From: Escherichia coli
GTDB taxonomy: Bacteria; Pseudomonadota; Gammaproteobacteria; Enterobacterales; Enterobacteriaceae
DNA length: 64,000 bases
Reading direction: 5' to 3' (one strand)
Assembly: GCA_902500205.1 (NCBI GenBank)
Contig: GCA_902500205.1_4868.1
Shown: positions 56,713 through 64,000 of the stretch, piece after piece
Position numbering within the stretch: position 1 is the stretch's first letter
Layout of the letters: each line of letters begins with the position of its first letter
Made by a program: the position numbers and the translations under genes
Notes under the pieces: generated by a model
The model's database searches: none
Seen by the model: only the letters and a program-made list of their open reading frames with translations
What the model was told of the DNA's origin: nothing

Positions 56713-57369
56713 ATGGCGAAGGCCCCTAAAACTGTAGCAAAAGATTCAATGGCAAGCAGCGCGGTTAAATCCACAAAAACGCGCACCACTGAATCCACGC
56801 GTACATCTAGCATTCCTAAACCGGATGTAATTGTACCGATCAGCGAGCGTCTGAAAACAATTCACATCGAGCGCGAATATCCGATTGACCTTGGTCAGGA
56901 AATCGTTGCGGTTAACCTTGGTAGCGACGTACGCTTTACCATCTATAAAGGCGCGCATCTGAACAACATGGTGCTAACCCGTGGCGATGAAGTTATCGGT
57001 CTGTCTCGTTACGACACGCAAATCGAAAACATCTATCCGGTGTTTGCAGTAGCGATGTTGCGTTTGTTTATGCAGGATAAAGCCGACCTTTGTGGTCAGC
57101 TTGCGGGTATGGCGGATCGTGTTGGTCATATTCTGCCGACGCTGGTGAAACTGTACCCAGTTACGATTGACGTGGCGTTTACTACGGTAGACAACAACCA
57201 CGGTTATATCGTACTGACCAAAGACGGTAAAGTTATCGCTGGTAATCTGACTGATAACGAAGTGCAGAAGCATATGGACAAATTTGCGTTCATGGTGAAT
57301 CGCTTGGCGCACGTCAGTGTCAAACATTCCGAAACTTGGACGACGCTTGTCTCCAAACCGGAACTGTAA
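56713..57369 (+). CDS. Hypothetical protein
   Basis: RBS CTTAAGGAGTAT; 218 aa. Confidence 0.55.
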   Translation: MAKAPKTVAKDSMASSAVKSTKTRTTESTRTSSIPKPDVIVPISERLKTIHIEREYPIDLGQEIVAVNLGSDVRFTIYKGAHLNNMVLTRGDEVIGLSRYDTQIENIYPVFAVAMLRLFMQDKADLCGQLAGMADRVGHILPTLVKLYPVTIDVAFTTVDNNHGYIVLTKDGKVIAGNLTDNEVQKHMDKFAFMVNRLAHVSVKHSETWTTLVSKPEL

Positions 57370-57371
57370 TC

Positions 57372-57407
57372 ATTAAGGGGTCTTCGGACCCCTTAATTTT
57401 TTGTCTT
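57372..57407 (+). terminator. Rho-independent terminator
   Basis: Hairpin attaaggggtc-TTCG-gaccccttaat plus T-run. Confidence 0.75.
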
Positions 57408-57437
57408 TTTACGCATTATCCTCATGTTGTGACAGCA
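57408..57437 (+). promoter_or_regulatory. Promoter-like element, class 3
   Basis: tttacgcattatcctcatgttgtgacagca. Confidence 0.4.
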
Positions 57438-57458
57438 ATACCTTTTGAGGGCATTACA

Positions 57459-58457
57459 ATGAAAACTGTGGCTAAATTGTTCCGCAGCAGCATTCGCTCT
57501 GCCGAGTTCCAAAATAACGTCGGTAGCGATACTGTACGAGCACGCCGCCTAAAAGAGTTTCTAAAGGACGAGACTTATTCTGTTTACGTGGTGAAGAATA
57601 AAGAAACCTGGGAGGGTTATTTAGTGGCCACCTATCGACACGGTGACCCTACACTAACCTGTCACTATTTTGAGGAGTTTGTACCTGGGGCGTTCGATAA
57701 AGTTGGTTTGGCCCTTGTGCTCGACCATACCGGATTCGAATATATGTCGTGTCCAGCACCTACTGACGATGTTGAACAAAAACTGGTCGAAAAAGGGTTT
57801 GTTCTTTCAGATATCGTTTGGGCATGTCATTCTAAACTGTTTGACAAAGTAATCACCGCATCGGAAATCAAGATTATTTCTGGTGATGCATACGCAGAAC
57901 TTACCAAGGAAGATAAAGACGTTATCCTGAATTTGATTAGCGGTGCAATTTGCGAAGAGCTAGAATACGATATGCGTGGCTACTATACGCACATTGGCCC
58001 GTTAGCAGAAACAGTAATAGCAAGAATTCAGCACGCTAATGTGGAGACTGCAATTTGGCGAGACGGCCATGATATCGTCGGTATTGCCCAGATGCGCTTG
58101 GTTACACCAGGCGTCGTTGAACTTTCTGGTTTAACCGTTGCACCAACACACCGTAAACGTGGCATTGGCCGCCGGCTAATGGGCGCGCTATTCGATTTCG
58201 CACAACGTCATTCCGACCAAGTCTATATTGAAACAGCTGCTGATAATAATCCAGCAAATCACCTGTACGGCAACATCTTACGTTGCAAGCAGGTACTGCG
58301 TACACTAACGTTGAAACGCGATCCTGAACTTATTAGCTGGAAACGGGTGAATGGGAACCGCGCCGATCGAGTGCTGAAAGAAGAACCTAGCATTCCGGTG
58401 GAGACTACAACCAGGCTGACTATCAGTGATATGTTTCAATCTGGCATGAGAGGATGA
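57459..58457 (+). CDS. Two-domain protein with C-terminal GNAT acetyltransferase domain
   Basis: LTVAPTHRKRGIGRRLMGALFDFA...NNPANHLYGN; track ORF 57336 begins inside the terminator, trimmed to ATG 57459. Confidence 0.5.
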   Translation: MKTVAKLFRSSIRSAEFQNNVGSDTVRARRLKEFLKDETYSVYVVKNKETWEGYLVATYRHGDPTLTCHYFEEFVPGAFDKVGLALVLDHTGFEYMSCPAPTDDVEQKLVEKGFVLSDIVWACHSKLFDKVITASEIKIISGDAYAELTKEDKDVILNLISGAICEELEYDMRGYYTHIGPLAETVIARIQHANVETAIWRDGHDIVGIAQMRLVTPGVVELSGLTVAPTHRKRGIGRRLMGALFDFAQRHSDQVYIETAADNNPANHLYGNILRCKQVLRTLTLKRDPELISWKRVNGNRADRVLKEEPSIPVETTTRLTISDMFQSGMRG

Positions 58458-58463
58458 TATCGG

Positions 58464-59282
58464 GTGATAAGACCAATTTTAAAATGGATGGGTGGTAAGA
58501 GTCGCGTACTGCCCGAGTTGCTACAGGTGCTTCCAGATGCTGAGTATTTCGTTGAACCGTTTGTGGGTGCAGGGTCAGTGTTTTTAAACACTAAATACCC
58601 GAACTATATTCTCGGCGACACGAACCCAGACTTAATCGAGTTACTGACCATGGCGCGCGATCGTCCGGAAGCGCTGATTCTGGAAGCAAAGGCGCTCTTT
58701 GCAAATGGGCTGGACCGCGGTCTGTACATGAAACGGCGTGAGGAATTTAACAGCGAGACAACCACGGGGAAACCTAATCTCCAGCGCGCTGCGATGTTCC
58801 TGTATCTTACACGTCATGGTTACAACGGCTTGTGCAGATACAATCAGTCAGGTGGATTTAATGTCCCGTATGGTCAACATCCGAACGGTGCCTATTTCCC
58901 TGAAGAGGAAATTCTGGCGTGGGCAAAACGTTGTTCGGAAACCAACGTCGAGCTGCTCTGCGCCGACTTCCGCGACATCCTAAATAAGTGCCCATCTAAC
59001 GCAGTGATATACGCTGACCCGCCATACATCCCACTTTCGGATACGGCTAAACATGCGCAGTATCACAGCAAAGAATTTTCACAAGCTGACCACCGCGAGT
59101 TAGCGAAACTTTTAAAACAACAAGCTGCCGATGGCAATAAGGTCGTTCTGTCAAACGCAGATACGTTACTCACACGCGATATTTATTACGGCTTTACTTG
59201 GCGCGAAGTTCAGGTAGGTCGATATATGTCTGCGGATGCGAATAAGCGTAAAGCGGTGACGGAGCTAATCGGCACCTTATAA
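58464..59282 (+). CDS. dam: DNA adenine (N6) methyltransferase, Dam family
   Basis: ILKWMGGKSRVLPEL, FVEPFVGAGSVFLNT, catalytic ADPPYIPLS; GTG start with GAGAGGA RBS. Confidence 0.85.
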   Translation: MIRPILKWMGGKSRVLPELLQVLPDAEYFVEPFVGAGSVFLNTKYPNYILGDTNPDLIELLTMARDRPEALILEAKALFANGLDRGLYMKRREEFNSETTTGKPNLQRAAMFLYLTRHGYNGLCRYNQSGGFNVPYGQHPNGAYFPEEEILAWAKRCSETNVELLCADFRDILNKCPSNAVIYADPPYIPLSDTAKHAQYHSKEFSQADHRELAKLLKQQAADGNKVVLSNADTLLTRDIYYGFTWREVQVGRYMSADANKRKAVTELIGTL

Positions 59283-59291
59283 GGTACCAAC

Positions 59292-60095
59292 ATGCAACTA
59301 TTTAATCTATACGGTATGGACAAAAACGACCTGACCGTAGAGTTTAGTGGTCGGTTGACCACCTTGGGGCAACTCCGCGAACGGATTCAAGATTTGCGAC
59401 CCGTCGCAGACCAAGAAGACGATCATTGGTTAGTGTTGAGCAATAGCGGTCGTGCGCAAATGTATTTTCGTGGATGTCGTTCAGGTATTGTTTACTACAT
59501 CTACGAGCTGCACGTGCTCTCCGAGCCCCTGTTCCACGAGTGGAAGCGTTTAACGCGACTCCTGGAAGTGCAGATGCTCGATATTACCTGCTTTCCGCAT
59601 GACACTGAGCACGCAGCACTATACCAGCGCCTGGGGTTCGAAGCTGTAACGAAGCGTGTGGAGATTACTGTCAGTCCGAAATACGGTTTTACGTCAGACC
59701 CATCGGTTGTCCCGTTGGAGACATTGTCATTAGAACAAACCCAGGATGTTTGCTATCTAATGCGACCTACGCTAAAAGACGCAGGTACGCGTGAGATGTT
59801 GGGTGAATTAGCAAATGGTTTTGTCTCTGCGTTCGTGGGGTTGCACGGCCAGAAACCGTTTTCATTAATGCTTTATAAGGAATTCCCGAAGAGCATCATT
59901 ACTGAGCAATTCTGCTGCCAAACTTTTGACCCGGTTGCTTACTCGGTAGAGTTTCTAAAACACTACCACGCTATTTTGCATTTGGCGGGACAGAAAGGTA
60001 AGAAGGTCAACATGGGTGTTGCGATAGAGCACGAGTTTCCTTCTATCGAAGGGTTAGAGTATCGTGTAATCACGCATCACTACACCCTTGCGTAA
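59292..60095 (+). CDS. Hypothetical protein
   Basis: 267-aa ORF. Confidence 0.5.
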   Translation: MQLFNLYGMDKNDLTVEFSGRLTTLGQLRERIQDLRPVADQEDDHWLVLSNSGRAQMYFRGCRSGIVYYIYELHVLSEPLFHEWKRLTRLLEVQMLDITCFPHDTEHAALYQRLGFEAVTKRVEITVSPKYGFTSDPSVVPLETLSLEQTQDVCYLMRPTLKDAGTREMLGELANGFVSAFVGLHGQKPFSLMLYKEFPKSIITEQFCCQTFDPVAYSVEFLKHYHAILHLAGQKGKKVNMGVAIEHEFPSIEGLEYRVITHHYTLA

Positions 60096-60104
60096 GGAGA
60101 GAAT

Positions 60105-60917
60105 ATGCTGAGAGTTATCGAACGCACGGAGAGGATTCTGGACCGAACGTGGTTGGAAGACCGTAAAGCGTTATCGTTGTTAAACGATATCGATCCTTCC
60201 ACGTTACAAGATGAACGTCGTCTTTACTACCGAATCTTTGAAGTTTTCAGTCGGGACACAGTTGCGCCCGACGCGATCGTGCTCTGTCTGGACCACGGAT
60301 ACATGTTAGAAGTTATCAATATGGTTCGTGCTTTAGACGCCCAGTTAACCTCGCTTGCGGATGCTTTACTCCGCTCAGCGGGGTGTAACTACGCGATGCA
60401 TTTTACTCGTTCTGAAGGGGACGAATATGCTCGCATGGGCTTTTGTTGCGAAACGATAAACTACCGCAAAATTAATACATTGGTGCCTAGCCACGATGAG
60501 GATTTCTGTGGGGATGTCAGTTCGTTGTTCGATAGTAAGAAAGCGTTCTTGGATTGGGTTAGAATGCTTTACGGTAAAAGCTCTATCTACTCAACGCTCG
60601 TTACGGGCGGGAGGATGATGTCGTGGCGGAACAGCGATAGTTACAAACTGACAGTGCTCACACATCGTGGACAACGCTGGGTTATTGGTGGATGGTTTAC
60701 CGCAGAAGGGGTGGTTACTCTAAGCCGAGAGGAGTTCGGGCTGTTGATGCACTGTATCCAGTCTGAATTACCGGTGGGGGATGAACTGATTTACACCTAC
60801 CACCAATATACTGGGGGGCCTGCCGCAATGTGGTTATTAGAAAACGGTTGGCTGCCTGAAAGTTATGTGTACGGACGTACTCTGAAAACTAGTAATGGAG
60901 AAGATAATGCAAATTAA
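60105..60917 (+). CDS. Hypothetical protein
   Basis: 270-aa ORF with AAGGAGAG RBS. Confidence 0.5.
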   Translation: MLRVIERTERILDRTWLEDRKALSLLNDIDPSTLQDERRLYYRIFEVFSRDTVAPDAIVLCLDHGYMLEVINMVRALDAQLTSLADALLRSAGCNYAMHFTRSEGDEYARMGFCCETINYRKINTLVPSHDEDFCGDVSSLFDSKKAFLDWVRMLYGKSSIYSTLVTGGRMMSWRNSDSYKLTVLTHRGQRWVIGGWFTAEGVVTLSREEFGLLMHCIQSELPVGDELIYTYHQYTGGPAAMWLLENGWLPESYVYGRTLKTSNGEDNAN

Positions 60918-61185
60918 TCGTACAGTGTCGAAGTCTAAAGAAGTCGTTTACAACGTTGAAGACGGTGATGTAATGCAGTTTCGTGCCGTCATTGACGAAC
61001 AGCACGTACTCCAAGTCGTTTATTCGAAAGAAGAAATGACTCGCGCACATAGCCGCGTGTTAGAAAAACTCGTTGCGAAAGCCAAACAGCGCGACGGTAT
61101 TAAATCCTACAACGTCATGTACGGTTATCAGTTACGTGAGGTGGAAGGGGAGCTGTTAATCACCCCTGTTCCGGTAACGGCGTAA
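60895..61185 (+). CDS. Hypothetical protein
   Basis: Overlaps previous gene; alternative start ATG 60907. Confidence 0.45.
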   Translation: MEKIMQINRTVSKSKEVVYNVEDGDVMQFRAVIDEQHVLQVVYSKEEMTRAHSRVLEKLVAKAKQRDGIKSYNVMYGYQLREVEGELLITPVPVTA

Positions 61186-61225
61186 TTCGCCATTGTATGA
61201 CCCTTAAATACCGTTGAGGTTAACT

Positions 61226-61708
61226 ATGGATATGATCGAATTAGGTCAGCTCCCTCAGCACGATTTTGATTTAGGCGTGCGTCATGAGGAAGGGGCCGAC
61301 GCGAACACACTTATGGCCCGCTACTACGAGCTACTGACCGGTCAACCGTTGGACGATGAGCATATCAACCGTTTTGAAAAACTGTTGGCACAACTCATCA
61401 CCTCTAACGCAGAACGCATTGGCATGTTGAACGAAATGAACTTTGCCGATGTAGAGCCATCAGACGCTCAGAAGATTCTTATCGATGGTCCTGTGCCAAG
61501 CGATGAAGTACAAGACCTTCTGGCAGGTATCCGTGCAGGCTTCGATGAAGCTGCTGAGAAATACGCGGAAGAGCTGGCAGATGTCGATTTGGCTGCGCCG
61601 GTTGACCCGAATCCGTCTGCAGAGGAGACTGCAGCTGCGAAATTGAAACTCGCACGCTTTATCTGTGCTGCTGTCTTGACAGACGACCGTGAAGAAAACC
61701 AACTGTAA
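61226..61708 (+). CDS. Hypothetical acidic protein
   Basis: Track ORF (TTG 61214) trimmed to ATG 61226 after GAGGT. Confidence 0.5.
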   Translation: MDMIELGQLPQHDFDLGVRHEEGADANTLMARYYELLTGQPLDDEHINRFEKLLAQLITSNAERIGMLNEMNFADVEPSDAQKILIDGPVPSDEVQDLLAGIRAGFDEAAEKYAEELADVDLAAPVDPNPSAEETAAAKLKLARFICAAVLTDDREENQL

Positions 61709-61750
61709 GGCCCGCCTCCTTGCCCACGGGTGAGGAGGTCCCTTTTTATT
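61709..61750 (+). terminator. Rho-independent terminator
   Basis: GC-rich hairpin ...cctcct...aggagg... plus T-run. Confidence 0.6.
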
Positions 61751-61804
61751 TACATCAGTCCACTAACTTATGTGAAACAACCCACGTAATGAGGAATTAA
61801 GAGA

Positions 61805-62122
61805 ATGTGGTTAAGTGCTATTCATCGTGACCTGCCAAAACGTGAAGTGACCCTTTCTGTCGATGCGGAACCGATTACCGTTGGTGTCGCTAACTTCGAC
61901 CGTATGGAGGAAGGGCAGTATGTCGTGGTGGACAACGATGAAAACGAATTCATGTTATTCCATCCCGAAGTTGATGCGTCTGAAATCCGCGAGGGTTCTA
62001 TCTTGTTTTCTTGGCAAGACAAAGAAACTAAACAGTGGATGTGGTGCGTTGCTAACACAACCGATGAAAAAGGTACCGCGTATGCCCCAGGACAGCTTCA
62101 TGTCGAACCTAAACCCCATTGA
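61805..62122 (+). CDS. Hypothetical protein
   Basis: 105-aa ORF. Confidence 0.5.
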   Translation: MWLSAIHRDLPKREVTLSVDAEPITVGVANFDRMEEGQYVVVDNDENEFMLFHPEVDASEIREGSILFSWQDKETKQWMWCVANTTDEKGTAYAPGQLHVEPKPH

Positions 62123-62414
62123 GCCCACGCTGACGCACCAGGAACTGCACGTCCGTTTTATTCGGGCGTTCACACCCCCGTTAGGTGGTGAGGTACACGA
62201 TCGTTCCGTGGTTGCAGAAGTTAAAGGTATCGGCGAAGAACTAATGACACTGTCTAATATTGTGACGGGTGTTGAGTTCACGTTACCGTTAAACGTATTT
62301 CGGTTTATTCCGCGCGTAAACGAAACACTGCTCATCGACCGTGTGCATCATCGGATTATGGCGCAGGTACATCCTAGACGTAAAGAGTATGTGCGCTTAG
62401 AGATGATGGTTTAA
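62100..62414 (+). CDS. Hypothetical protein
   Basis: In-frame ATG of track ORF 61863; overlaps previous gene by 23 nt. Confidence 0.4.
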   Translation: MSNLNPIEPTLTHQELHVRFIRAFTPPLGGEVHDRSVVAEVKGIGEELMTLSNIVTGVEFTLPLNVFRFIPRVNETLLIDRVHHRIMAQVHPRRKEYVRLEMMV

Positions 62415-62426
62415 CGCACGACTTTT

Positions 62427-62450
62427 CAGATAGATGTTATTTTACTGAAC
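62427..62450 (+). promoter_or_regulatory. Phage promoter-like element, class 2 variant
   Basis: CAGATAGATGTTATTTTACTGAAC. Confidence 0.4.
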
Positions 62451-62476
62451 CTAACTGTAAAGAAAGGAAAAAGTAG

Positions 62477-62782
62477 ATGGCTAAACAATACACAATTGTT
62501 AAACGCGCAGGTACAACTCTGCTGTACGTGGAGAAAGGTTGTGAGAACACTACAACCGCCAAGAAACTGAACCTGCAAGGGTTTCTGTATCAAGGTCTCC
62601 GTGCGGGTTTGACCATCACTTTTAAAGGCTTACCACAGGCGAAGAATCTGCGCGTCGTACGTGCAGACGGTGTAGAGCGTGCCTTGGTAGCCGACACCCC
62701 GGTTGATACTATCCCTGCCAGTAAGAAGGCAGCGAAAGCAACCAAGAAAGTCGTCGATAAACGCAAACGCGCTGTCGCTTAA
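62477..62782 (+). CDS. Small basic protein, possible DNA-binding
   Basis: Lys/Arg-rich C-terminus SKKAAKATKKVVDKRKRAVA. Confidence 0.45.
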   Translation: MAKQYTIVKRAGTTLLYVEKGCENTTTAKKLNLQGFLYQGLRAGLTITFKGLPQAKNLRVVRADGVERALVADTPVDTIPASKKAAKATKKVVDKRKRAVA

Positions 62783-62788
62783 GTAGTC

Positions 62789-62828
62789 CCCTACCTAACT
62801 TCGGTTAGGTAGGGCTCTTTTTATTTTT
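62789..62828 (+). terminator. Rho-independent terminator
   Basis: Hairpin ccctacctaac-TTCG-gttaggtaggg plus T-run. Confidence 0.75.
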
Positions 62829-62848
62829 AACCCTCTGGGGGATATACC

Positions 62849-63301
62849 ATGTTTCAATGTTCAGTCGTCAATGATGCGGAATTGGCCGTGTACAAGCAGC
62901 GCACAATCCGGGCGCTGGATGCTGAAAAACCAGTCGATGTTAAAACGCGTGCAATCATTAGGGCGTTTAGCGAATGGCCGAATATCGCAACCGTTTGGGC
63001 ATTCACGGGAGAAGTTCGCAAAGACGGAGACAAGCTTCGTACACGTAGACACCACAGCTTAACATTTGTGGCAACCGAGGCGGGTCTTAAAGACATTAAT
63101 CATTTATTAGAAGGATGGCAGCCGCACGAATACGGGAAACGTTTTCAGTTAAACTTTACTTGGCTGCGTCAAGAAGGCAACGCGAATCTCTGTTATCCAA
63201 GCTGGACGTTTAGACTCAACTATCGACCTGACCCAGATGTGATGGAAAGAGTGATGGAGCACTGGCTCGCACTCGCAATTTTTACAGAACATAACCATTA
63301 A
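62849..63301 (+). CDS. Hypothetical protein
   Basis: 150-aa ORF. Confidence 0.5.
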   Translation: MFQCSVVNDAELAVYKQRTIRALDAEKPVDVKTRAIIRAFSEWPNIATVWAFTGEVRKDGDKLRTRRHHSLTFVATEAGLKDINHLLEGWQPHEYGKRFQLNFTWLRQEGNANLCYPSWTFRLNYRPDPDVMERVMEHWLALAIFTEHNH

Positions 63302-63329
63302 ATGAAGACACCCTTAAGGAGAATTAAAG

Positions 63330-63800
63330 ATGCCAGTTTTATACGGTGGCGTGGATCTGAAAGTTTTGGATCGGTTTAAACTACGGGCATCCGAAGCGCT
63401 CGTAAACGGTTGGGTTGAGCGTGGGGTACGGGATGCGTGTGAAGTTATTTGCCGTTACCCCGGCGCGACGACAATGTGGTCATGTCATGGACACGGACCA
63501 TATTCTAAAAAGAACACGCCAGGGGAGTTCCATGTAGTGTTTGTTCTTGGTGTCGGCTTTGAGCACAAAGCGCATGAGCTAGTTGCTGAGTTAATGAAAG
63601 CGGATATTCCACCATTGTGGGATTTATCCATGACGAGACTCATGTACCCTGATGATGATTTCGTTTATGACCTCAGCGAAATCACCCTGAAAAACACGTA
63701 TAACGCGTGGAAGATAACGTATCGTTATCTGCACACCGAACAATCCCTTCGTGAAATTCGTAAAGTATTCCACACAGTTTGCAAAAAGGTTTTTAACTAA
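63330..63800 (+). CDS. Hypothetical protein
   Basis: RBS CTTAAGGAGAATT; 156 aa. Confidence 0.55.
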   Translation: MPVLYGGVDLKVLDRFKLRASEALVNGWVERGVRDACEVICRYPGATTMWSCHGHGPYSKKNTPGEFHVVFVLGVGFEHKAHELVAELMKADIPPLWDLSMTRLMYPDDDFVYDLSEITLKNTYNAWKITYRYLHTEQSLREIRKVFHTVCKKVFN

Positions 63801-64000
63801 TGGCTAAGCAAAAGAAACCCCGTAACAAAAAGTATAACCCGAAAGTTGCCACAGAACGTACGGCACACACCGTCGCTGAAAACGCTCTGAATCGTATCAC
63901 GTTTATCGGCAGTTCGATTCGTCGCCTCGGGCCGTACGCGGGCCGTGGTTTTCACTTTACGGCAAGTCCTCGTATTCGTGCTATCGCCACAGATATGTTA
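63800..64000 (+). CDS. 5' end of a gene (partial, runs off window end); basic N-terminus
   Basis: ATG overlapping previous stop (TAATG); open to window end; MAKQKKPRNKKYNPK... Confidence 0.35.
   Translation, partial: MAKQKKPRNKKYNPKVATERTAHTVAENALNRITFIGSSIRRLGPYAGRGFHFTASPRIRAIATDML

Overview
The window reads as a dense, almost entirely protein-coding stretch of a large virulent dsDNA phage, most likely a phiKZ-like jumbo phage of an enterobacterial host; no rRNA, tRNA, CRISPR array or transposon was found. Evidence for that placement: (i) a gene whose product (982..2280) shows the conserved segment pattern of the C-terminal part of a multisubunit RNA polymerase beta' subunit, i.e. a split rpoC as in phiKZ-like phages; (ii) a strongly codon-optimised 766-aa gene (31726..34026) that is the best major-capsid candidate, two tandem paralogous head-protein-like genes with acidic A-x-E-rich N-termini (15227..17841), and a 914-aa protein with an acidic low-complexity tail (portal candidate); (iii) three copies of a 26-bp element containing TATATTAC, which from memory matches the early-promoter consensus of phiKZ-like phages, placed immediately after terminators. 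The left ~47 kb is a virion/structural module with genes on both strands and divergent starts separated by only 11-70 bp. The right ~17 kb (44.5-64 kb) is a unidirectional block of small genes punctuated by hairpin/T-run terminators and conserved promoter-like elements, encoding a RuvC-like resolvase, three GNAT acetyltransferases, thymidylate kinase, Dam methyltransferase and an XRE-type HTH regulator with a Cys-rich partner; dihydrofolate reductase sits earlier at 19759..20310. Most proteins have no function I can assign from sequence. I saw no single obvious novel system; the most notable unannotated items are the repeated promoter-like elements, two tandem paralogous 48-aa Gln-rich small genes missing from the ORF track, a micro-operon of three tiny coupled genes behind an early-type promoter, and a direct-repeat/palindrome block between a terminator and a promoter. 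All coordinates for non-ORF elements were counted by hand and may be off by 1-2 nt; family assignments are by eye and need HMM or structure confirmation.
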